Shown here: positions 1-8,109 of the stretch, piece after piece
Layout of the letters: each line of letters opens with the position of its first letter
How positions within the stretch are numbered: position 1 is the stretch's first letter
Assembly (NCBI GenBank): GCA_965369865.1
Contig: CBDURU010000050.1
Coordinates: 1 to 23,838, forward strand
Reading direction: 5' to 3'
Origin: an uncultured bacterium
GTDB taxonomy: Bacteria; JAJVIF01; JAPKYR01
DNA: 23,838 bases
Position numbers and translations under genes: made by a program
Notes under the pieces: model-generated
Databases searched by the model: none
What the model saw: the letters and a program-made list of their open reading frames with translations, nothing else
Told to the model about the DNA's origin: nothing

Positions 1-127
1 TGTTCTACGGTTTGTCGTTTTTTCGAGGGCTTTAAATGATTAATTTTTCCTATAATTATTACTCCTGTTGTGGCGGGGGTTTTTTTATGATTACATTCCG
101 GGGAAAGTTAAGGAAAATTCGCAACAT

Positions 128-1891
128 ATGATAGAGAGCCTTTTATTGAAAAAATTACGTCTTGAGATTCTCCCACTGCTCGATGGGAATCGAATCGCGC
201 TGATTGAAATACTCGCTGAAATAATGTCGGGTGGAACCAGGATCCCCAGAAGACTCGCAAGGACGGGTAAGAAGGTAAAGGAATCGGTTATCAAATCACT
301 TGAAGAGGACGGTTTAATCGGGGAAATAAAATCTCTGGATCCATCGTTCGCCGGTTACATTTATGAATCCCTCCTCGAACAGGGCCGGGCAGAGAAAGGT
401 AAAGATAAGCAAACCAGGCGTCGAAGGGGAGGGATTTTCTATACGCCTCAATACGTAACACAATTTCTTGTCAAATCTGCTTTTGATTCGATAAAGCCGG
501 GATTAAAAAAATCGCTCCCGAGGATTCACGATCCCGCGTGCGGCGGAGGCGCGTTTCTGCTGGCGGCATACAGGGAAATAAGAAAACGATATCCCCGACT
601 CAGGATAAAAACGATTTTGGGAAACCTTTACGGCACCGATTCGGATCGTGAGGCTATACATGTCGCGTATCTGGCGTTATGGCTGGAAACGGGATGCAGT
701 GAATCAAGCTGGAAAATCCTCCAGAGTAATATCAGGACAGGCGATTCGTTAAAAAAAATCCTGGAGGGTAAAACAAATCAGTATGAAATCGTAGTTGGGA
801 ACCCCCCATACCGGAACGTCAAACGAGGGATACAAAAGGCAACCCGGGAATTCTGCAAAGCGCATTACCGGTCGGTGAAAGGACAGTGGGATATCGCGGC
901 ACCATTTGTTGAACTGGCAATGGATCACCTGCTCGTTCCCGGAGGTTCGATGGGGTATATCCTGCCGAACCCGATCCTTCTGGCCGAGAATTACCAGCCT
1001 GTAAGGGAGATTATTCTTGAAAATGACCTTGTGATGTTCGGACCCGCGGGGCGTCCATTTGAGGAACCCGGTGTTGAAGCCAGCCTGCTGGTGGTCCGAA
1101 AAGGAAGATCATCAAGGAGAAAGATAACCATACTGGATGGCCGCGATGGAAAAATAAGGAAATCAGGCTCGGTAAAGAAAAATTTAATTTCAAGGCTTCC
1201 ATTTCTCATTTTTTCACACCTTGCCGATGAAGGAAGGCTCGAACCTGTACTGGACGCGAGGGATTGTGGGAAATTAACATGCCTTGGAGATCTCGTGAAG
1301 TTCACACGAGGGATTGAGTGCGGTAAGCGTGATGAAAGAGTGATAAGGAATTTCCCGAAAGGGACAAGCGGGTTTCCACTGGTTGCCGGGGAAGCACTCA
1401 AGCCATATAGCGTGGAATCCACCTACAGGTTCACAGCGCCATCGAACAGGATGGGCTACAAGGATCTAAAAAGCGGGGGACTCTGGAGCGGAACAGCACA
1501 ACTTTTAGTGAGAAGGGTAGCGGACAGGCCGATAGCAGCAGTGGCAAGCCCCCCTATGCTGGTACTGAATACGATTTATGTCGTCCAGGCGACCGGCACT
1601 TGTGAAATCGATCCGTATTCAGTATCAGCCCTGTTCAATTCGACATTTTTCCATGAATTATTCCGTGAGATATTCTCGTTCGATGACCGGCTTTTCCCGT
1701 ATCTCCGAACATCGCAGCTCGGAAGGGTACCGGTGCCGAAAATGGCGATGAATGATGTCTGGTTAACAATGTGGTCAAGGGAACTGCATGAGTTCAAATT
1801 AGCATCCAAGGGAGTTAATGGACCTATTTTTGAATCCTTGCAGGGGAAAATCAATGAGCGGGTGGAAAATTTGTACCAGGGAAGTTACTGA
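128..1891 (+). CDS. N6-adenine DNA methyltransferase (gamma class, TaqI/Eco57I-like) with C-terminal target-recognition domain
   Basis: Motif X GIFYTP, SAM-binding motif I DPACGGGAFL and catalytic motif IV GNPPY. The C-terminal half resembles a TaqI_C-like TRD (FTRGIECG, LLVRRVA, LNTIYVV). ATG at 128 is preferred over TTG at 68. Confidence 0.88.
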   Translation: MIESLLLKKLRLEILPLLDGNRIALIEILAEIMSGGTRIPRRLARTGKKVKESVIKSLEEDGLIGEIKSLDPSFAGYIYESLLEQGRAEKGKDKQTRRRRGGIFYTPQYVTQFLVKSAFDSIKPGLKKSLPRIHDPACGGGAFLLAAYREIRKRYPRLRIKTILGNLYGTDSDREAIHVAYLALWLETGCSESSWKILQSNIRTGDSLKKILEGKTNQYEIVVGNPPYRNVKRGIQKATREFCKAHYRSVKGQWDIAAPFVELAMDHLLVPGGSMGYILPNPILLAENYQPVREIILENDLVMFGPAGRPFEEPGVEASLLVVRKGRSSRRKITILDGRDGKIRKSGSVKKNLISRLPFLIFSHLADEGRLEPVLDARDCGKLTCLGDLVKFTRGIECGKRDERVIRNFPKGTSGFPLVAGEALKPYSVESTYRFTAPSNRMGYKDLKSGGLWSGTAQLLVRRVADRPIAAVASPPMLVLNTIYVVQATGTCEIDPYSVSALFNSTFFHELFREIFSFDDRLFPYLRTSQLGRVPVPKMAMNDVWLTMWSRELHEFKLASKGVNGPIFESLQGKINERVENLYQGSY

Positions 1892-1894
1892 AAA

Positions 1895-2233
1895 TTATTC
1901 CGTGAAAGTCGCCGTAGCTTCCTCAACCGTATCAAATACCTTAAAGATATCCATCAATTTAGTAATTCTAAGGAGGTCTTTAATTGGATCGTTTGGACCG
2001 GCAAGAACGAGGTCGCCGGAGTTATGCATGCAGATCTTAAGGCAGGAGACCAGGTGGCCGAGTCCGGCTGAATCGATAAAATCAACCGAACTGAGGTCGA
2101 TGACGATTCTGTACTGATCGTTATTGAGCAGCTTCTGTAAATACTCTTTTAGATATGAAACACTGAAACTGTCCAGATCACCGGTGATAGCCAGGATTAC
2201 AACTGAATCTGTAGTTGATTGATTAATCTTCAC
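1895..2233 (-). CDS. STAS-domain anti-sigma factor antagonist (SpoIIAA/RsbV-like)
   Basis: 112 aa with ITGDLD and IVIDLSSVDFIDSAGLG (phosphoacceptor Ser motif), ending DTVEEA. GTG start, no clear SD. Confidence 0.92.
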   Translation of the reverse strand: MKINQSTTDSVVILAITGDLDSFSVSYLKEYLQKLLNNDQYRIVIDLSSVDFIDSAGLGHLVSCLKICMHNSGDLVLAGPNDPIKDLLRITKLMDIFKVFDTVEEATATFTE

Positions 2234-2260
2234 AATAATTGTTAAACCAAATTTAAAGGC

Positions 2261-2289
2261 AGGATAATCATCTGAGATGATTAAATCAA
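2261..2289 (-). promoter_or_regulatory. Putative sigma70 promoter TTGATT-N17-TATCCT containing the perfect palindrome TAATCATCT-G-AGATGATTA (2265-2283)
   Basis: Perfect 9-1-9 inverted repeat filling the -35/-10 spacer, about 30 nt upstream of the STAS GTG at 2233. Confidence 0.45.
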
Positions 2290-2330
2290 GTGAACTTCAG
2301 CAAAATGTTCGAGTGGAGAATATTAAACGA

Positions 2331-2669
2331 TTAATTGCGGGCAAGTTTCAGGGCCTCGTCAACATTTTCGCATAATTTAAGGACACTCTGGATTTTCAAT
2401 TTCCTGATAATTTTGTTGATATTCTCATTTTTACTGACGATCATAAAATCCCCCTTATGTCTTGAACATTCCTGTGAACCGATGATTAGTTCACCGTTAC
2501 CGCTTGAATCAATATACTCCACGTTGTTCAGATCAACAATGATTTTAAATTCACCCTTGTTAAAAAGCTCCTTTAAGCATTCATTAAACAGCGGTGCGCT
2601 ACGAATGTCGAAATCACCCGAGACTGTCAGGACTGTAAACGATTCGTGAAGATTCTGATCAATCTGCAT
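2331..2669 (-). CDS. STAS-domain anti-sigma factor antagonist (SpoIIAA/RsbV-like), second copy
   Basis: VSGDFDIRSAP and IIVDLNNVEYIDSSGNG. SD GAGGAG precedes ATG 2669, giving 112 aa, the same length as its neighbour. Confidence 0.9.
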   Translation of the reverse strand: MQIDQNLHESFTVLTVSGDFDIRSAPLFNECLKELFNKGEFKIIVDLNNVEYIDSSGNGELIIGSQECSRHKGDFMIVSKNENINKIIRKLKIQSVLKLCENVDEALKLARN

Positions 2670-2872
2670 TAATGTCTCCTCGTCCAGGATTGCTGCAATA
2701 ATCATCTCCTGATTTTTTACATGTAAAGGTACGATAAAATACTGTCAGCGGTAAATAATTGGAATCCAATCACTGTCCTGCAATCGCACACCTATGGTTC
2801 TTACTTCTCTTGCCGGTACGCAGATAAACTCTTCATCCCTGCACTGACTTTAAGTAAACTTAATTAATTAAA

Positions 2873-2901
2873 ATTATAATACAAAAATATACTTCGGTCA
2901 A
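2873..2901 (-). promoter_or_regulatory. sigma70-type promoter TTGACC-N17-TATAAT for the STAS genes
   Basis: Near-consensus hexamers with a 17-nt spacer on the minus strand, in AT-rich context, about 200 nt upstream of ATG 2669. Confidence 0.65.
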
Positions 2902-3231
2902 GGATACCAATCGTCCTGTGTATTTTCCTCAGGGCTTTGAATCTGATCCAGTCACCGGAAAGCTTCTCCAGAGTTGATTTTTCCACGGCAACCCGTAAAA
3001 TGGGCTACCCTACAAGAAATTATCCGGTTGAAAATTGAAAAAGGGGAAGTAGTCATGATTATCAAACCAGGCGATGAATGACAACCATACGGGTTACGCG
3101 AATTCATCGGGAGTTCCAGAAACCGGATGACGGTTTTTTTTAAGGAAGATATCAATGTTTCCGCGTTGGATTTATATAGGGCCAATTTTTAAGGACGCAC
3201 ATATTTCTTATGTAAAAAAAAGGAGTACAGC

Positions 3232-4347
3232 ATGATAATAGGCATTCCTAAAGAGGTTAAAATCAGGGAATATCGGGTAGGGATGACACCCGGTGGAGTG
3301 AAAAGACTCATCGACCGGGGCCACAAGGTTGTTGTTGAGAAAGATGCAGGGATTGGCAGCGGACTTCCTGACGATCTCTATATTAGAGCGGGTGCAGAGA
3401 TCATTCCGGATATTAAAGCTGTATATGAGCATGCAGACATGGTGGTGAAAGTCAAGGAACCGATTGAGCTTGAGTATGACCTGATTCGTGAGAACCAGAT
3501 TATTTACACTTATCTCCATCTGGCTGCTGATAAAAGGCTGACAGAGGTGTTGATGGAATGCAAGTGCATAGCGATCGGTTACGAGACGGTCGAGCTGTCT
3601 GACGGCACGCTGCCGCTTCTCAGACCGATGAGTGAGGTTGCGGGACGTATGTCCATCCAGAATGGCGCCTCAATTCTGCAGAAAGAGCACGGCGGGAAGG
3701 GCATTTTGCTTGGAGGTGTTCCTGGAGTTCGTCGGGGAAGGGTCGTTATAATCGGAGGTGGAGTGGTCGGGAAAAATGCTGCCAAGATGGCTGTCGGGCT
3801 TGGCGCCAAAGTGGACATCCTGGATATCAACCTGGAAACCCTTGATTATCTTGACGACATCTTTGGAAGCAGGGTACAGACACTTTACTCGGACGCCGAG
3901 ACGATCCAGGAGACAGTTTCCATGGCTGATCTTGTTGTTGGAGCGGTTCTGATCCCTGGAGCAAAAGCGCCGCATCTTGTATCAGAAGAGCTGGTTTCTA
4001 AGATGGAGGAGGGTTCTGTGATTGTTGATGTGGCTATTGACCAGGGTGGATGCATTGAGACAATACATAAGACCACTCATGAAAATCCGACATTTGTAAA
4101 GCATGGCGTTGTTCATTATGGTGTAACAAATATTCCTGGCGCTGTTGCGCAGACCTCCACTTTCGCGCTGACAAATGCGACCATTGATTATGCCGTGATG
4201 CTGGCGGATTTGGGCGCCGTTGATGCTGTTCGCGGTGATCCTGCACTGGCGTCGGGAGTCAATGTGTACAATGGTCATGTGGTCTGCGAACCGGTTGCGG
4301 ATTCGCTTGATTTACCATATCAGCCCCTTCATCAACTGATTAATTGA
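3232..4347 (+). CDS. ald: Alanine dehydrogenase (NAD-dependent)
   Basis: MIIGIPKEVKIREYRVGMTP start, KVKEP, YLHLAAD, PMSEVAGR, Rossmann GGGVVG, DVAIDQGGCIET. 371 aa, SD AGGAG. Confidence 0.97.
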   Translation: MIIGIPKEVKIREYRVGMTPGGVKRLIDRGHKVVVEKDAGIGSGLPDDLYIRAGAEIIPDIKAVYEHADMVVKVKEPIELEYDLIRENQIIYTYLHLAADKRLTEVLMECKCIAIGYETVELSDGTLPLLRPMSEVAGRMSIQNGASILQKEHGGKGILLGGVPGVRRGRVVIIGGGVVGKNAAKMAVGLGAKVDILDINLETLDYLDDIFGSRVQTLYSDAETIQETVSMADLVVGAVLIPGAKAPHLVSEELVSKMEEGSVIVDVAIDQGGCIETIHKTTHENPTFVKHGVVHYGVTNIPGAVAQTSTFALTNATIDYAVMLADLGAVDAVRGDPALASGVNVYNGHVVCEPVADSLDLPYQPLHQLIN

Positions 4348-4368
4348 TCATTTAAGGCTCTGAGAAAA

Positions 4369-4393
4369 GGCGGGAGATGTATTAATTCCCGCC
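4369..4393 (+). terminator. Stem-loop downstream of ald (GGCGGGA...TCCCGCC)
   Basis: 7-bp GC-rich inverted repeat 21 nt after the ald stop. An A-run on its 5' side gives a U-tail on the minus strand, so it may serve the convergent gene. Confidence 0.5.
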
Positions 4394-4517
4394 GAGGTTG
4401 GCGAATGGCTGGGCAATGCTGTGGGAAGCCAGGTGCTACCAAAACGCAAAATTCGGTTTCCTGCCTAAAGTGCTTGCCTACGATCCTTAATTTATTAACC
4501 GCATCGATTGATTAGAA

Positions 4518-5660
4518 TTACCGCAAAATTTCATCAAGACTCATATATCGAGGAGACTGTACCTTTCCGATGTTAACAGGTTCAATTTCTAATGGCTCTC
4601 CTTTAATTTTTACAATGTATTTCCCTTGTCCTTTATAACCTGGTTTATTGCATAGCTTGATTGAGGCTACTTCCGCATAGTGTGTAATCGCACTGATAGG
4701 CCTTGTCCGATATATTGCAATGTATTTAATATAAGGAATACGAGCCTTTCTAATCCTTATTGCGTACCATTGTTTCTGCCCCAGAAATGTCTCATGAAAC
4801 CCTTCTTCTTTAGCCGGACACACAATAGTATTCAGTTTTGTAAAATGGGCATGTAATTCCGATCTCGGTACTCTTTTCCTCTTCCCTTTTTTAGCGGTTT
4901 TCCTCTTAGCTCTCGTTTTCCCTCTATCAATCCCGATTATCATGTCCTGCACTTCAATCCCAACGTCACTTAAAACTCTTATGCGGGTTAACGCATTTAT
5001 TATCTGTTTAGGTGTATATTCTTTTTTTAAACGCTTTCTTAAAAGACGCACTAATGATGTATCTTGTGTATTTACAAGGTCTTTTAGATCTTGAAAAACA
5101 GCATTGCAGGCATCCCTGGTTTTCTTGTATTCCTCTATTTTGCCGCTCTTGACGGAATCAGGCGATAACAAACCGAGCAGCCATGCCGCTTGCTCAGAAC
5201 TAATTCCACTGTCCGTATCTAAAACCTCAATATCAAATGGTTCAAAAAGTAACCGATCTTTCCCCTTTCTGCTGAATGCGTCAAAAACTTTAATTCGATT
5301 CCCATTAGTGAGAATGCACCAGGGAACACGATTCAGGAAAGCATATGTCAGAGCCTGACTTATGTGTTTATCTTTACTGAGAGGATTTCTGAAACGTTTC
5401 GCTTCGACGATCACGCTGGGTGTATCTTGTCCAGCGATAAAAAGTGCATAATCTGCCTCTTGTTGATCGGGGGTTTCCTTTCCTCCGCGCCATCCCAGAC
5501 GCACCTGATCCAGCTCACGCAGATCATAGCCCAATGCTTCAATTAATGGATCAATCAGTATTCGCCTGGTTTCAGTTTCAGTTAAAGAAGAAGCCGTGCC
5601 GGCTTCCATTAGGCTCTTTATCTTCCTTTTAATTTGAAAAAAACGGTCACGTAACAACAT
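4518..5660 (-). CDS. HsdR-N-like PD-(D/E)XK nuclease fused through a basic linker to a C-terminal beta-rich domain (putative restriction/defence protein)
   Basis: TETETRRILIDPLIEALGY, ADY...VEAKR, QALTYA and WCILTNG match the type I restriction enzyme HsdR N-terminal domain. No helicase motifs. SD GGAGG. Confidence 0.78.
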   Translation of the reverse strand: MLLRDRFFQIKRKIKSLMEAGTASSLTETETRRILIDPLIEALGYDLRELDQVRLGWRGGKETPDQQEADYALFIAGQDTPSVIVEAKRFRNPLSKDKHISQALTYAFLNRVPWCILTNGNRIKVFDAFSRKGKDRLLFEPFDIEVLDTDSGISSEQAAWLLGLLSPDSVKSGKIEEYKKTRDACNAVFQDLKDLVNTQDTSLVRLLRKRLKKEYTPKQIINALTRIRVLSDVGIEVQDMIIGIDRGKTRAKRKTAKKGKRKRVPRSELHAHFTKLNTIVCPAKEEGFHETFLGQKQWYAIRIRKARIPYIKYIAIYRTRPISAITHYAEVASIKLCNKPGYKGQGKYIVKIKGEPLEIEPVNIGKVQSPRYMSLDEILR

Positions 5661-5729
5661 AAACCCCTCCGTTTGGCAGGATTGCCGGAAAAATCGGGTA
5701 ATGTTGAGATAAGAAATCTAATTCATTCA

Positions 5730-5891
5730 CATGATATCCTGTATAAAATGAATATTCAACTTGGGAATGTCATTCTCGGCAATGTCAGCGGTCGTGAAAG
5801 CGATGATGAGCTGACATTGTTTAAAAGCACAGGTCTCGCGATCTTTAAAGAAGCGATCAAACAGGACATCGGCACCGATTTCGAATTCTGA
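5730..5891 (+). pseudogene. C-terminal remnant of an ornithine cyclodeaminase/mu-crystallin family gene
   Basis: QLGNVILGNVSGRESDDELTLFKSTGLAI...KQDIGTDFEF matches the family C-terminus (ELGE..G...GR.SDDEITLFKSTGLA.QD). Most of the protein is missing, and the QD..AA helix is deleted. Confidence 0.72.
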
Positions 5892-6029
5892 TGAAGTTCT
5901 TAATATGGCGAAACATCTCAAGAACGTGCATGTCTTAATATGTACATTCTTTGATTTATGCTACACTACCGCCGTTCTGAATTTAATGTAAATCGGGACA
6001 ATAATAGTAAAACCTGAAGGAGTACCGAC

Positions 6030-6503
6030 GTGAAGCTAATCCGAATAATCGCAGCCCTCGTAATTTTATTGCTCACATCGACACCCGCGCTTGCCGAAAC
6101 CCCTGGCCAGTACATGGATAAAGAAGTTGAAGAATGGACCGATATCGCTATGAAAAACGGGTTCAATATCCTTGAAACCTACAGGGATGAGATCGGTGCG
6201 GACAATGTAACCTATACACTCGAACTCACGCCGGGTGTCTACCATTTTTATTTTTCGGGCGGTATGAATGTTGAGGACCTCGATGTTTATGTCTACAGCT
6301 CCGATGGATATACGCTGACGTCGGATACTCTGCCGGACAAAATCCCGATAACAGTTATCAAGCTTGTCGAGCCTGCTACGGTGGATGTTGAGATCACAGC
6401 CTGGTCGTTCATGTCGGGCCGGAGCGACGGAATTTATTGCTTTCTTGTGACATGCGAAGATGAGGGCGAAATTCTTTCCATGTCTTTGAACGGTGCTGAA
6501 TAG
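6030..6503 (+). CDS. Secreted hypothetical protein (PPC-like beta-sandwich)
   Basis: Signal peptide MKLIRIIAALVILLLTSTPALA, DLDVYVYSSDG motif, SD AAGGAG before GTG. Confidence 0.78.
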   Translation: MKLIRIIAALVILLLTSTPALAETPGQYMDKEVEEWTDIAMKNGFNILETYRDEIGADNVTYTLELTPGVYHFYFSGGMNVEDLDVYVYSSDGYTLTSDTLPDKIPITVIKLVEPATVDVEITAWSFMSGRSDGIYCFLVTCEDEGEILSMSLNGAE

Positions 6504-6718
6504 CATAAATCGTCGCACATCCATTTTGAATATAATTAAACTGCTTTGTGAGCTTGTGAATGAAAACCGGATCGCAAGCCAGTTTCCTGATCCTCAACCG
6601 GGTTGAAATCAGAGGCTGGATCCGGATAGCTTTACCGGTACAGGATATAAACATAAGAATTGCGAAGGTTGTGGACGCTCTTACAGACGAATTCCATTGT
6701 AAATTATCATTCTCAACC

Positions 6719-6746
6719 TTGACAGACTATATAAAAATATTATAAT
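6719..6746 (+). promoter_or_regulatory. Consensus sigma70 promoter TTGACA-N16-TATAAT
   Basis: Both hexamers are perfect, 90 nt upstream of ATG 6837. Confidence 0.7.
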
Positions 6747-6836
6747 TTAACCTTATCTAATTATATTTAGATATTTTCTAAGCAGCTTTAAAGGACTGGG
6801 ATTTTTCATATGAAGGGGGCGTAGAGGGTAACCGGT

Positions 6837-7316
6837 ATGAACCGAAGGCAAATCCTGTATGGTATAGCTGCTCTTCTTGTCGGCGTGGCTTTTTATCTAG
6901 TAAACAGGCCACCGGAAGAAGTCTATTTCGTGCCCGACGGCTTGAGCCTTCACGACCGGGTTCCACAGTTCTTCGGTGTAATCGGAAATAATCTCCCAAG
7001 TTTCATCCACACGTTTGCATTTATTCTTATAACAGTCGGCCTGCTTGGATGCCGTGACAATAAAACGGCAATGATCGTGAGCATGTCATGGTTCGCGATC
7101 GATGGTTTGCTGGAATTAGGCCAGCATCCTGCGTACAACCAGGCGCTTTTAGAAAATATCCCCGGATGGTTTGAGTCGGTGCCCATACTGGAGAACGTAA
7201 AACCTTATTTTTCCTGCGGACGCTTTGAGGCCCTCGACCTGGCAGCATCAGCGTTAGGGTCGGTGACCGCATTTATCATATATCAACTAACCAGAACAGA
7301 ATGGAGGAAAACATGA
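6837..7316 (+). CDS. Integral membrane protein, VanZ-like motif pattern
   Basis: About 4 hydrophobic segments. HTFAF, LLELGQ and GRFEALDLAASALG resemble the VanZ H..AF / E..Q / GR..D..D pattern. Stop overlaps the next ATG (ATGA). Confidence 0.7.
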   Translation: MNRRQILYGIAALLVGVAFYLVNRPPEEVYFVPDGLSLHDRVPQFFGVIGNNLPSFIHTFAFILITVGLLGCRDNKTAMIVSMSWFAIDGLLELGQHPAYNQALLENIPGWFESVPILENVKPYFSCGRFEALDLAASALGSVTAFIIYQLTRTEWRKT

Positions 7317-7768
7317 AATTATCAAGACCAATTTGGACCCTCTTAGTTATAATTTTCGTGTTGCCGATTGGTGTAATGACCAATGTAGCAACCGGTGACG
7401 GTGGCGATGATCCCGCATTACCCGATCTCGTACCGGCCCTGGCACCAGGCTCTACTTTCTATTTCAGCCAACTCGGTGACACCCCTGATTTCATATTATA
7501 CGTTCGCAATGCAGGATCGGTTTCATCAGCTGGTGTCTGGGTTGACGTCAGGTTCCGGGATTCGTCCGGCGATTACACAACGGTGAGATCGCTTACCAAC
7601 ACTGGAACACTCGCGCCAGGACAGACACACACAGGTGTTACTGTCGAAAGACCCGATATAACCTGGCCAGCCGGGGATATGGTCATACAAATTACTGTCG
7701 ATCCCGATAATGATGTCGCGGAATCAAATGAGAATAACAACGTGCAATTGGACAGAATTATCGGTTAG
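7313..7768 (+). CDS. Exported CARDB-domain protein
   Basis: Hydrophobic N-terminus, LPDLV...VRNAG...LAPG...VDPDNDVAESNENNN (CARDB signature). SD GGAGG, ATGA coupling to the upstream gene. Confidence 0.85.
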   Translation: MKLSRPIWTLLVIIFVLPIGVMTNVATGDGGDDPALPDLVPALAPGSTFYFSQLGDTPDFILYVRNAGSVSSAGVWVDVRFRDSSGDYTTVRSLTNTGTLAPGQTHTGVTVERPDITWPAGDMVIQITVDPDNDVAESNENNNVQLDRIIG

Positions 7769-7793
7769 TGCAATCTCTACTTTTTTCGAAATG

Positions 7794-7830
7794 AAAAATC
7801 CCGGCGATTTCATGCCGGGATATTTTTTTT
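7794..7830 (+). terminator. Rho-independent terminator, probably bidirectional
   Basis: ATCCCGGC-N8-GCCGGGAT stem flanked by an A-run and an 8-nt T-run. Confidence 0.85.
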
Positions 7831-7890
7831 GGAGTATGGTGGTGCCTTCGAGCGAGCCTGGAGGCGAATCTAAACTTTTTTTCTAGTACA

Positions 7891-8021
7891 CCCCTCCTAA
7901 AATCTGCCTTCGCTAGCGCTCAGGCAGATTTGACGAGGGGCCACCGTCTCTGATTGAGGGGGACACCTGCTTTTCGACAGGCGAAAAGAGGTGTCCCCGA
8001 TCTCAGCGTGTCCCCGATCTC
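7891..8021. repeat. Cluster of two long imperfect hairpins plus a 14-bp direct repeat (REP-like)
   Basis: CCCCTC..AAATCTGCCT/AGGCAGATTT..GAGGGG (7891-7940), GGGGACACCT-CTTTTCG/CGAAAAG-AGGTGTCCCC (7959-7998), and GTGTCCCCGATCTC at 7991 and 8008. Confidence 0.6.
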
Positions 8022-8109
8022 GAATCAATAATTATTCAACGGAATTGTTCTAAGGTTTACAGGACCTCGAAGATCAGATATTCAAGTATCCTGTCCTGAA
8101 GAAAAGGGA

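Noticed and set aside
3027..3081. LKIEKGEVVMII resembling an ABC ATPase N-terminus
   Set aside because: No Walker A follows and the match is too short. Kept only as part of the possible uORF.
4407..4439. Degenerate GTAG REP (minus strand GTAGCACCTGGCTTCCC...)
   Set aside because: The palindrome is too imperfect to call without genome-wide copies.
6535..6745. Small ORFs, including a minus-strand YVYILYR*SYPD stretch reminiscent of a GIY-YIG N-terminus
   Set aside because: Interrupted by a stop, no YIG motif, and similarity too short to support.
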